DNA of 63,410 bases, filler included, from an uncultured Methanosarcinales archaeon (GTDB lineage Archaea; Nanobdellota; Nanobdellia; Woesearchaeales; JACPBV01), in the NCBI GenBank assembly GCA_964492935.1. It is 4 parts of 4 records of this genome, joined end to end, with 100 filler letters (N's around TTAATTAATTAA, not from the genome) between each part and the next. Parts side by side here need not be neighbours in the genome. Positions count along the whole stretch, not along the records: positions 1 to 19,179 come from CAZBLF010000024.1; 3 more parts are not named here. One strand, given 5' to 3'. Positions 1 through 8,931 of this stretch are shown piece by piece. How positions within the stretch are numbered: the stretch's first letter is position 1; every line of letters begins with the position of its first letter. The translations under genes were made by a program, and so were the position numbers. The notes beneath the pieces are model-generated. The model made no database searches and had not been told where the DNA came from. It was given only the letters and a program-made list of their open reading frames with translations.

Positions 1-2
1 AG

Positions 3-74
3 CATGAGATTTCTCTTGATGCTCATGTGATGAAGAAGGCGCGACGCGCACTCGATAGGATGATGGAGATTTAG
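3..74 (+). CDS. nadA: 3' end of a probable quinolinate synthase (truncated by window edge)
   Basis: Manual translation HEISLDAHVMKKARRALDRMMEI* resembles the NadA C-terminus (ARxAL(D/E)RM). Confidence 0.6.
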   Translation, partial: HEISLDAHVMKKARRALDRMMEI

Positions 75-116
75 TGAAGAGAAATATTTATATAGGCTTC
101 TTCTTAGAATGAGTAT

Positions 117-918
117 ATGAATATTAGAGTGTTCTTAGTGGTCTTGATTTCTGCTTTTCTTGCAGGTTGTTCCGGTTTGAGTACAAGTGGTCAGGCTTCG
201 TTTGGAGCGGTGGCAGAAGATGGATTGGCAGCACATTATTCGTTTGACGAGGGTACCGATGTTACATCTGATGTTTCTGGTAATGGATTTGATGCATCGT
301 GTTCAGGGAGTAACTGTCCGGGGGTTTATTCCTGATGGAAAAATTGGCGGCGCGTTTCACTATGATGGGGTGGATGATCACTGGAATGTTCAGGGGCAGG
401 TGCTTGTGGGTAATCAGTGGACGATCGCTAGCTGGATTAGGCCTGAGGATTTTGGAGGGAATTCGATGGGTCTTGGTATCTATCATCAGGGTCCTAGTTT
501 AGGTACTAATTTTTTGGTGTATTTTGGTGGAGCTGGCTATCCTGGAGAGACTATTGGTGGGCGTACGAACCAGGGCACCTTTCTTACGTCTCCCGGAGGA
601 GATCTTACGCTCAACACATGGCAGCACGTCGCTATGGTCAATAATGGCGGTATGGTTACTTGGTATCGGGATGGTAATGCGATTGGCAATTCGACACAGG
701 GCAGTCCTGGCAATGCGGATACGGCAACTGTTTCGTATATCGGTTCTTGGTATAATTTAGCTCCCGGTAGATCGTTTAAAGGTGATATTGACGAATTGGT
801 TATTTTTAATCGGTTATTGAGTCCGGAAGAGATCCAGGGATTGTTTACTGCTGCTCCGCTTTCAATGGAACAGCGAGTAGATCAGTTGATTCAGGCAATT
901 GCTCCAGAATTAGTCTAA
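117..918 (+). pseudogene. LamG/concanavalin-like domain lipoprotein, frameshifted at the G5 run 320-324
   Basis: ORF 117-335 has a lipobox (LAGC) and the LamG start (HYSFDEG..DVSGNG). The second frame continues DGKIGGAFHYDGVDD...WQHVA..WYRDG..FKGDIDE. Removing one G joins them. Confidence 0.75.
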
Positions 919-941
919 TTTCTAATTTGTAATGTGTTTTA

Positions 942-1457
942 CTATACTTTTTCTTTCCTTCTCTTTCCTTCGTATGTCTTAATGTCTACTATATCCTTGA
1001 GCAAATTTTGATGTTCTCTTTCTGCCATTTTCTTTTTTACGAGTTGAGCAATTTCGAAGCGTTTGCGTAAATTTGCTGCAATTTGAATGGCTTTATTCCG
1101 GTACTCCAATATTTTCTGGCGACTTTCAAATTTTTCGGTAGATTGTTCGAGCAAGTTTCTAATCCTCTTTAACTCACTTTCAACCTTACTTCTTTCCTTT
1201 TCCTTTTCCTTACTCGTGGACGCGTCTTTCTCAATTGCTATTTCCGCGTTGAGTTGATTGATTAGATTTAGTAATTCAGTAGTCTTGAGTGAGGCTGCAT
1301 TGTGTCCATTAAGCAGTTTTGACAACTCTTTAGCGGATTGTAGTACTATGAGATACCAACTACACAGCTTCTCCGTGTCGTTAAATTGGGGTGAGAGATT
1401 CGTAACACTCTCTTGTGTTTCGTCTATTTTTTGATATAGTGATTTCTTAGTTGCCAT
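942..1457 (-). CDS. Coiled-coil hypothetical protein (paralog of 1447-1941)
   Basis: K/E/Q-rich helical ORF; likely start at ATG 1457 (MATKKSLYQKIDE). Confidence 0.6.
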   Translation of the reverse strand: MATKKSLYQKIDETQESVTNLSPQFNDTEKLCSWYLIVLQSAKELSKLLNGHNAASLKTTELLNLINQLNAEIAIEKDASTSKEKEKERSKVESELKRIRNLLEQSTEKFESRQKILEYRNKAIQIAANLRKRFEIAQLVKKKMAEREHQNLLKDIVDIKTYEGKRRKEKV

Positions 1458-1941
1458 GATGCGCCAAAGAAAGCTCACTTATAGTGGCTTCTAGCCTCTC
1501 TTGCTCCTGAATTTCGTCTTTTCTCCTTTTTCCCTGGAGTCTTTCTATTTTTTCCATTATCTTATCAAACTGCTTCTGAAGACGATCACCGTATTGAGAT
1601 AATTTCAATTCAGATTCGAAGCTCGATTCTAGTTCTTCAAACTTCCTCGATGCTACGATCCGGCTGGCTTCTCTTTTTTGTAGCTCTTCACTATCCATGT
1701 TAGGAGATGACTCTTTTCCTTTGCTCAATTCTCTTTTGGCGTTTTCCATTTTTAATTGAGCACTTCCAATGGACCTCATTTTTTGTCCCAAGTCTGTTAA
1801 TTGACTTACTAGTGTAGTTGAGTGTAGAATTAATTGCTCTTCTGACTTTTCCTCTCTTGCTATTTTTGTTGCAAGGGCGATAACGTCATCCAACTCTTGG
1901 TAGAATCCTTTTTTTCTTCTAAAAATACTGAAGATGTCCAT
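1447..1941 (-). CDS. Coiled-coil hypothetical protein
   Basis: 164 aa K/E-rich helical ORF with a TATA-like TTAAATAA upstream on the minus strand. Confidence 0.65.
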   Translation of the reverse strand: MDIFSIFRRKKGFYQELDDVIALATKIAREEKSEEQLILHSTTLVSQLTDLGQKMRSIGSAQLKMENAKRELSKGKESSPNMDSEELQKREASRIVASRKFEELESSFESELKLSQYGDRLQKQFDKIMEKIERLQGKRRKDEIQEQERLEATISELSLAHHGN

Positions 1942-2011
1942 AATCTTGAATTGCGATTTTGGATTATTTAAGCTTTTCTATGCTGTTTCTTCTGGTTGTG
2001 ATGGGAAAGAA

Positions 2012-2980
2012 TTAATCTATTCGAGTAACGGAAAATCCATCCTGAGGCAAGCGATGGGTAAACCCTGTTTCAGAGATCAGATGATTAAGTCCAACGGCAA
2101 TGAGTTTGTCTCCTTGTTTTAGGTCGTCAAGCACTTTAGGATACCATAGGTTGTTTCTTCCATCGCAGATAGCATCGTTAAACATGCGCATGTCTTCATC
2201 TAACTCTGCAAATGCGTCCTTGAAATAATCAATGTCCCCTCGCCAATAGTCGGCTTCATCCATCTCGACAAGTCCCGTATTCCTATCTCCCGGATCTATT
2301 TGCCACCAGATAAGTTTTTTCCAGACTGATTCTGGTATAGAATCTTCAATCTCTACAGTTGATTGACCTTCATCTAGGCTACGGATCACTTTTTCTTGCG
2401 ATAAAGCATAGCTCATGAGTTGTAAATCGATAATATTGTCTTTTTCATTCTCGGTGGTTGCTGCATGGTTCATGATGTTGCCCATTGCAGCGTATTCAGT
2501 ACTTAGGGACTTAGGTATTGGACCACCAGAGTTTTTTATTATCTCTTTCTTCGTTGCTTCTTCGATTGCTGTTCTTCGGTCCGATGCAATTTGATGTTTG
2601 AAACCTAGGGGATCATTAACCAGCGATGAAATTTCATCGAACATAGACCAAGATTTTCGTGTATAAAAATTGGAAAGATATGATGCGATGATTTCTTCGG
2701 AAAAATCATCCTGCAGTTGTTGGCGAATATATGATTCAACTTTATTTCGCTCAGATCTGTTGAATAGAGTTGATCTCCCGTCTCTTAGTCGACGGTACTC
2801 GGCTCTTTTTGGGAGTGTAAAATCACTACCTTTTTCAACATAGACTGTTTTCGAGGCATCGATAAGCTGATGTAGGGCAGATAATTTATCGGGCTCGGAT
2901 GGATAGTGCATGGTACCGATTAGATAAGAAACATTTCCTTGATACTCTGCTTTCCAGGCAAAGGGGAGGTCTTTAGCCAT
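2012..2980 (-). CDS. TraB/GumN (TIKI-like) family protein
   Basis: Motifs SYLIGTMH, RNxxW and IAVGLNHL. Confidence 0.8.
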   Translation of the reverse strand: MAKDLPFAWKAEYQGNVSYLIGTMHYPSEPDKLSALHQLIDASKTVYVEKGSDFTLPKRAEYRRLRDGRSTLFNRSERNKVESYIRQQLQDDFSEEIIASYLSNFYTRKSWSMFDEISSLVNDPLGFKHQIASDRRTAIEEATKKEIIKNSGGPIPKSLSTEYAAMGNIMNHAATTENEKDNIIDLQLMSYALSQEKVIRSLDEGQSTVEIEDSIPESVWKKLIWWQIDPGDRNTGLVEMDEADYWRGDIDYFKDAFAELDEDMRMFNDAICDGRNNLWYPKVLDDLKQGDKLIAVGLNHLISETGFTHRLPQDGFSVTRID

Positions 2981-3042
2981 AAGAATTGATTTTCAAACTT
3001 CCTTTATAAGACTTTCTGTAATTAACCACTAATAAGTAATAA

Positions 3043-4098
3043 CTAATCTAACTTCTTCTGTCCTGCGTATTCTACTATCGAATCTTGCATGACTTCTAAT
3101 AGGATGCCAGCTTCTTCTAGCATTTCACGGCTTTCTTGGGCTGCATGGTATTTCATCTCGCAGACTACTCTTTTTATTCCGGCTGAGATTAGTAATTTGG
3201 TGCAATCGAGGCAGGGTTCCATTTTACAGTATAGGGTTGCGGAATGAATGTCTACTCCTGAATTTGCGGCCTGCGCTATGGCGTTTGCTTCGGCGTGAAT
3301 GGTACGAATGCAGTGTTGGGTGACTGAACCATCCTCATGAATAGTTTGCTTAAACCAGTGCCCTACGTCATCACAGTGGGCCATTCCGGGTGGTGATCCT
3401 ACGTAACCGGTGGTCATGATTCTTTTGTTCTTTACAATGATGCATCCTGCACGCCCGCGATTGCAGGTTCCTCGCGTGCCTACCGTTTTTGCTAGCTCTA
3501 GGAAGTATTCATCCCACGGCGGACGGTGATGTGCGGCTGCCTCGTGGATTTTCGGATAGGTTTCGTCGATGAGTTTGTGGAATGCCTCGATGGTGGAATC
3601 GTTCTGGATTGAGAATTGCGACATATCGATACATTTCTGGATTTGTTGTCCGGAATCGTTGTCTGAAACCATTTCCTTTTGTTCTGCTTCCTGGAATAAT
3701 TCAAAGGTTTCGGGTTCAGATTCTTTTCGGCCGCGCGCTGACATTCGTTCGAAGCGCATTTCTGGTGGTGCTAAGATTGCTGCAAGGGTAAAGTTTTTGG
3801 CTTGGCCGAGTTCTTTGATTTCTAATGGATTGCGAATTGAGGAGATGATGTAGTTTTTATCATCATCCATTACTTCTAATGCTCTTCTTGCAAGCGCATT
3901 ATTTCCTTCGGTTTCTCTTAATTTTGTACCTTCACGTTGTAAATTTTCTCTGGTGATGGGGATGTCTTGCTTTTTTAGGACTTCTCTAAGCATATCAGAA
4001 AGAGAAAGATGGATGAAGTTGTGCTTTTCGATGAGATAATTAGCAAAGGTGTCTTTGCCGGAGCAGAAGGTGCCGGTTACTCCTATTTTTATGGGCAT
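3043..4098 (-). CDS. P-loop kinase (dephospho-CoA/NMP-kinase-like) fused to dCMP deaminase
   Basis: N-terminal GVTGTFCSGKDT; C-terminal WDEYF, HAEANAI and PCLDC zinc deaminase motifs. Confidence 0.85.
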   Translation of the reverse strand: MPIKIGVTGTFCSGKDTFANYLIEKHNFIHLSLSDMLREVLKKQDIPITRENLQREGTKLRETEGNNALARRALEVMDDDKNYIISSIRNPLEIKELGQAKNFTLAAILAPPEMRFERMSARGRKESEPETFELFQEAEQKEMVSDNDSGQQIQKCIDMSQFSIQNDSTIEAFHKLIDETYPKIHEAAAHHRPPWDEYFLELAKTVGTRGTCNRGRAGCIIVKNKRIMTTGYVGSPPGMAHCDDVGHWFKQTIHEDGSVTQHCIRTIHAEANAIAQAANSGVDIHSATLYCKMEPCLDCTKLLISAGIKRVVCEMKYHAAQESREMLEEAGILLEVMQDSIVEYAGQKKLD

Positions 4099-4147
4099 GT
4101 ATGTGGTAGGCGTTGTTCGTTTATATGGATTGTTATGTTGTAGTCCC

Positions 4148-5143
4148 TTAATCCCAATCTAAATTACCGGCGGTCTGGTACTCGGTTACGCGGGTTTCGA
4201 AGAAGTTCTTTTCTTTGGATAGGTCGGTTGATTGGGACATCCAAGGGAAAGGGTTTTCTTTTCCGTAGACTACGGGGAGATCGATTCTTAATAACCTGCG
4301 ATCGGCGATGTGTTCGACGTAGTCGCAGAATTGTTGGGCGTTTATGCCTAGTAATCCTTGAGGGCACGCATCGTGGGCGTACTTTTTCTCTAGTTCTACT
4401 GCTTTTTTGATTAAAGCGACAATTTCGTCCTGGAATTCTTTGGTCCAGATTTCTGGGTTTTCTTTCTTGATGGTGTTGATGAGGTCGCAACCAAAAGCTA
4501 GGTGGAGAGATTCATCACGCATGATATATTCGAACTGCTCTCCGATGCCAACCATTTTGTTTTGACGTTTGAGTGCGAGCATCATTGCGAATCCTGCGTA
4601 AAAGAAGATTCCTTCCATGATGACATAGTAGCCGATGAGATCGTGGATAAACTTTCTAATTTCATCAATCCCGGTGGTCTCAAAGGTGGGTTCGAAGATA
4701 GATTTAGTTAATTCTACAACGAAGTCGTCCTTTTCTTTGATGGAGGGGACGGTATTGTACATGGTGTAGATTTCTTCTGGATCTAGTCCTAATGTATCAC
4801 AACAGTAGATGAAGGTGTCGGTGTGAATAGCTTCTTCATAGGCTTGTCGCAGCAAATATTGCCTGCATTCTGGGTTGGTGACGTGTCGATAGACGGCTAG
4901 AACTATGTTATTAGCGGTTAGAGATTCTGCGGTTGAGAAGAAGCCGAGATTCCAGAGAATCATTCTACGTTCGGTATCGTTGATAACATTGGGAGATTTC
5001 CATTGTTCGACATCTTTCTGCATGGAGACTTCTTCAGGCGTCCAATTGTTTGCAACGCCATCTTTATAGTGTTGGCGCGCCCACATGTAGGTCATAGGAA
5101 GAATCTTGTTTGGATCGGTGGATGAGTTGTTTATAATTACCAT
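4148..5143 (-). CDS. nrdB: Ribonucleotide reductase small subunit, class Ic (R2c) signature
   Basis: FFSTAES, EEAIHTDTF, EGIFFY, RDESLH, KNFFETRVTEYQ. Confidence 0.93.
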   Translation of the reverse strand: MVIINNSSTDPNKILPMTYMWARQHYKDGVANNWTPEEVSMQKDVEQWKSPNVINDTERRMILWNLGFFSTAESLTANNIVLAVYRHVTNPECRQYLLRQAYEEAIHTDTFIYCCDTLGLDPEEIYTMYNTVPSIKEKDDFVVELTKSIFEPTFETTGIDEIRKFIHDLIGYYVIMEGIFFYAGFAMMLALKRQNKMVGIGEQFEYIMRDESLHLAFGCDLINTIKKENPEIWTKEFQDEIVALIKKAVELEKKYAHDACPQGLLGINAQQFCDYVEHIADRRLLRIDLPVVYGKENPFPWMSQSTDLSKEKNFFETRVTEYQTAGNLDWD

Positions 5144-5211
5144 TCGACTTGTTAACGCTTATTGTTTTTTATGCTTTTATATTCTGGAATATAGGGTAAT
5201 CGTATAGAGAA

Positions 5212-8070
5212 TCACTGACAGGCTTCACAGTCCGGATCCATGATGCTGCAGACGTTCGATGATGAGACCTCGGTTGCGGGTGGCGCAGGGTTTTGTGGCA
5301 TTTCATTGGGTGCTGCACCATTGAGGTGTCCATTTTGTAGCTCTGGAGTTGTTTCGGGAGGTGCGGCAGCTCCGTTTTGCTCCTGGTATTCTCGCTTTTG
5401 CGTGAAACCGAACTTTTGTGCGTCTAGCGTTGATTTCTCTATTTGAGAGGCTGCTAGTGAACGGAGATAGTACGTCGTCTTTAATCCCGCTTTCCAGGCA
5501 TGGATGTAGGTCTCGCTTAGTTTTGAGCCGGAGGTGCCTTTCATGAACACGTTATGTGATTGCGATTGGTCGATCCATTTGGTACGGACTGCGGTCATGT
5601 CGATACAGTGTAGTGCATCTATTTCGAAGGCTTCCTGGTATTTGTCTTTGAGCGTTTGTGGTATGCTTGGGATTAGATTTACATTTCCATCATAGTACTT
5701 GAGCTGTTCAAGCATTTCCTCATTCCAGAGCTCTGCTTTCTTAAGGTCTTCAATGAGATAACTGTTTACTACGGTGAATTCCCCGGAAATATTTGCTTTT
5801 ACATACATATTTTTGTAGATGGGTTCGATGCAAGGGAAACAGCCAGAGATATTTGCGATGGTCGCGGTAGGGGCGATGGCCATGGTGTTGCTATTGCGCA
5901 TTCCGTGTTGTTTGATGTGGTCACGTACCGGTGCCCAGTCAAGACGTGCGTCTCTGTTCACTTCGATTTTCATGCCGCGCTCTTCCTCTAGAAGGTCTAT
6001 GGTATCTACAGGGAGTAGATTGCGGTCCCATTTTGAGCCTTTGAAGGATTCGTAGGCTCCTCGTTCCTTCGCAAGGGTTGTTGATCCTAGAATTGCATTA
6101 TAGGAGACCTTTTCCATGGTTCTATCTGCAAATTCTACTGCAGCCTTTGAGGCGAAGGGGATGTCTAATTTGAAGAGTGCGTCTTGGAATCCCATTACTC
6201 CTAATCCTACTGGTCGGTGTTTCATGTTGCTGTTTTTAGCTTCATCCGTAGGATAGAAGTTGAGGTCGATGACGTTATCGAGCATGCGCATGGCTGTCTT
6301 AATAGTTTTTGATAATAATTCATCATCTAGTTTTCCTTCGTGAACGTGGATGCCAAGATTGACGCTTCCTAGATTGCAGACTGCGGTTTCGGTCTCCGAG
6401 GTGTTTAGGGTGATTTCGGTACAGAGATTGCTACTGTGGACTACTCCGACATGATCTTGTGGTGATCTGATATTGCAGGGATCCTTGAACGTAATCCAGG
6501 GATGGCCGGTTTCGAACAGACGTGAAATCATCTTTCTCCACATTTTCTTTGCGGGGATGGTTTTGTGCTTGCGCATCTGACCATTTTCTGCTTTTTGTTC
6601 GTATTCGATGTATTTTTTCTCGAAGGCACGTCCATATAACTGATGGAGTTCGGGAACTTCGTCTGGTGAAAATAAGGTCCAATTTTCTTCATTGATGATA
6701 CGCTTCATGAAGAGATCGGGAATCCAGTTTGCGGTGTTCATGTCGTGAGTTCTTCTTCTATCATCACCGGTGTTTCTTCTGAGGTCAAGAAAATCTTCGA
6801 TGTCAAGATGCCAGGTTTCGAGGTAGGCGCACGTCGCTCCACGTCGTTTACCAGACCTATTGATGGCCATGGTGACGTCGTTTGCAATTTTAAGGAAGGG
6901 AATGACGCCTTGTGATTCTACATTTGTTGATCCAATCCAGGAGCCGGTACCGCGAATGCTGCTCCAATCGTTACCGAGACCGCCGGACCACTTTGATAAT
7001 TGGGCATTGTCGCCTAGACATTTGAAAATGTGGGAGAGATCGTCTTTTACGGTGGTTAGATAACAGGAACTTAATTGTGGGTGTGTTAGGCCTGCGTGGA
7101 AGAGAGTTGGTGTCGAATTTACGAACTTTAGTGAAGAAAGGACGTCGTAAAATTCTAGCGCTCTCTTTTCTTTATCGGGTTCATTCAGTGAAAGCCCCAT
7201 GGCTACACGCATCCAGAAGGATTGAGGTAGTTCGAGACGTTTTTCCTGCGTTTTGATGAAGTAGCGTTCATAGAGTGTTTGGATGCCGATGTACTTGAAC
7301 ACGAGATCTCGCTCGATTTTGAGTCCATAGGAGAGTTTTTCAAGGTCGAAGTCCAACATTTTTGGATTGAGTAGGTTTTCTTCTACTGCCTCTTTGATTG
7401 ACTTTACAAATGCGTCGCGATAGCCGAATGCGAAGGTTTCTTCCTCAACGGATTCGCCGATTACTTCTTTATAGAGGTCCTGGAGGAACATGTGTGCAGA
7501 AAGATAATCGTAGTCGGGATCTTTTTCGATATAGGAGATGGTTGCTAGGACTAGTGCTTTGCCGATTTCCTCAGTGGTGATTCCGTCAAAGATGTTTTTG
7601 AGGAGCTCTTTTTGGATGAGTTCTGGTTGGATGCCGGGTAGGTTGCTGGCGAGGCGTTCAATGGTGCCTCCTATTTTTTTTGCATCGAATAATACGGCGG
7701 TACCATCTCGTTTTTTTACGGTTAATCTGCCCATGCGCGCTTTTTCTACGTTTTGGTCGCGTTCTACAGATCTAGCGTCTTGGCGTTTTGCTCGATAGAG
7801 GATGTATTCCTTTGCAATTTCGTAGTGGCCTGACTTTACGAGATGTTTTTCTACAACATCCTGGATATTTTCAACATTGGGGAAGAAATCTACGAAGCGT
7901 TGTTCAATTTCTTGCTTGACATCGTCGATGATGGATTCGAATTCAGCTTGCTGTATTTCTTTTCCGGCTGCTTTTACTGCTTTTTTTACTGCATTTTCTA
8001 CTTTGATGGGGTCGAAAGGGACTACCTCTCCATTTCTCTTCGTTATCATTAAGTGTACTGCTTCTGCCAT
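5212..8070 (-). CDS. nrdA: Ribonucleotide reductase class I large subunit with two ATP cones
   Basis: Two KRxG..FD ATP cones, SSCYL, SNLCTEI, KTTYY and C-terminal CEAC. Confidence 0.95.
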   Translation of the reverse strand: MAEAVHLMITKRNGEVVPFDPIKVENAVKKAVKAAGKEIQQAEFESIIDDVKQEIEQRFVDFFPNVENIQDVVEKHLVKSGHYEIAKEYILYRAKRQDARSVERDQNVEKARMGRLTVKKRDGTAVLFDAKKIGGTIERLASNLPGIQPELIQKELLKNIFDGITTEEIGKALVLATISYIEKDPDYDYLSAHMFLQDLYKEVIGESVEEETFAFGYRDAFVKSIKEAVEENLLNPKMLDFDLEKLSYGLKIERDLVFKYIGIQTLYERYFIKTQEKRLELPQSFWMRVAMGLSLNEPDKEKRALEFYDVLSSLKFVNSTPTLFHAGLTHPQLSSCYLTTVKDDLSHIFKCLGDNAQLSKWSGGLGNDWSSIRGTGSWIGSTNVESQGVIPFLKIANDVTMAINRSGKRRGATCAYLETWHLDIEDFLDLRRNTGDDRRRTHDMNTANWIPDLFMKRIINEENWTLFSPDEVPELHQLYGRAFEKKYIEYEQKAENGQMRKHKTIPAKKMWRKMISRLFETGHPWITFKDPCNIRSPQDHVGVVHSSNLCTEITLNTSETETAVCNLGSVNLGIHVHEGKLDDELLSKTIKTAMRMLDNVIDLNFYPTDEAKNSNMKHRPVGLGVMGFQDALFKLDIPFASKAAVEFADRTMEKVSYNAILGSTTLAKERGAYESFKGSKWDRNLLPVDTIDLLEEERGMKIEVNRDARLDWAPVRDHIKQHGMRNSNTMAIAPTATIANISGCFPCIEPIYKNMYVKANISGEFTVVNSYLIEDLKKAELWNEEMLEQLKYYDGNVNLIPSIPQTLKDKYQEAFEIDALHCIDMTAVRTKWIDQSQSHNVFMKGTSGSKLSETYIHAWKAGLKTTYYLRSLAASQIEKSTLDAQKFGFTQKREYQEQNGAAAPPETTPELQNGHLNGAAPNEMPQNPAPPATEVSSSNVCSIMDPDCEACQ

Positions 8071-8073
8071 TCG

Positions 8074-8529
8074 TTATTTCACCTTCGCTACTGCTTGTAT
8101 TTCTTTTTCAAAAGATCGTAAATGTCTGAAATCTCGATATACTGATGCAAACCGGATATATGCTACTTTGTCGAGGTGTAAGAGTTTTTCCATTGCGATT
8201 TGGCCGACTAGGGTGCTTTCAATCTCGTTAGAATCTTGCTTTCTCAGTTCAGCTTCGATTTCATGCATGAGGTCGTTGATTTTTTCGATGCTGATTGGTC
8301 TTTTCTCGCAGGCTCTGATGATTCCTCGTCGTATTTTGTTGGAGTCAAACGGATCTCTTGAGCCATCTTTCTTGATGATGAAGAGCTCTAGATCTTCGAC
8401 TTGTTCGTAGGTGGTGAAGCGTTTGCTGCACTTGCTGCATTCCCGTCTGCGCTTTGTTACCATGTCATTGGGAGTTTCTCTTTTATCGGTGACGCGGTGT
8501 TCGGTGCTTGAGCAGTAGGGGCATTTCAT
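8074..8529 (-). CDS. nrdR: Transcriptional repressor NrdR
   Basis: MKCPYC..RRRECxxCxxRFTTYE zinc ribbon, ATP cone, AYIRFASVYRDF. Confidence 0.95.
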   Translation of the reverse strand: MKCPYCSSTEHRVTDKRETPNDMVTKRRRECSKCSKRFTTYEQVEDLELFIIKKDGSRDPFDSNKIRRGIIRACEKRPISIEKINDLMHEIEAELRKQDSNEIESTLVGQIAMEKLLHLDKVAYIRFASVYRDFRHLRSFEKEIQAVAKVK

Positions 8530-8535
8530 CGTTTT

Positions 8536-8582
8536 TCACAATATGTTGTGTTCTTTTTGAATTTTACTACAATATATGGGTT
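8536..8582. promoter_or_regulatory. Tandem NrdR boxes, pair 1
   Basis: CACAATATGTTGTG (8537-8550) and TACAATATATGGGT (8568-8581) start 31 bp apart and match the acaCWAtATaTWGtg consensus; they lie directly upstream of nrdR. Confidence 0.8.
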
Positions 8583-8623
8583 TATTATAATTTATAAGCA
8601 TTTTTTTGAAATATGGCTTAGAA

Positions 8624-8670
8624 ACACCGTATCTTGTGTTTTTTTTAAATTCTTAATCAACATATGGTAC
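8624..8670. promoter_or_regulatory. Second, weaker pair of NrdR-like boxes
   Basis: CACCGTATCTTGTG (8625-8638) and ATCAACATATGGTA (8656-8669), again 31 bp apart. Confidence 0.55.
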
Positions 8671-8931
8671 TGATTTCCGAGAATCTTGTATATAAAGATT
8701 GTTATAGTGTAATATATGGATTAAAAGATATAGGTTGTTAACTCTATTCTGTTGTTGTAGAGAAAACAATGGTTTTTCGACTGTAATCAGGTATTTTCAT
8801 ATCTCTGGAGTGAAGACTGTGATTCCTCATAGGGTGGTGATGTCATTCTATATATTCGGTTCTTTGTTTCTTACAAACTTTATTTTTTCATCAAGGAAAA
8901 AGTATTTAAGTGTCTGGAAGAGCTGTTGTAT

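Noticed and set aside
5240..8410. Antisense ORFs inside nrdA/nrdR, and similar ones over mcm, tbp, pan, the peptidases and tkt
   Set aside because: They are shadow frames of well-supported genes and carry no motifs.
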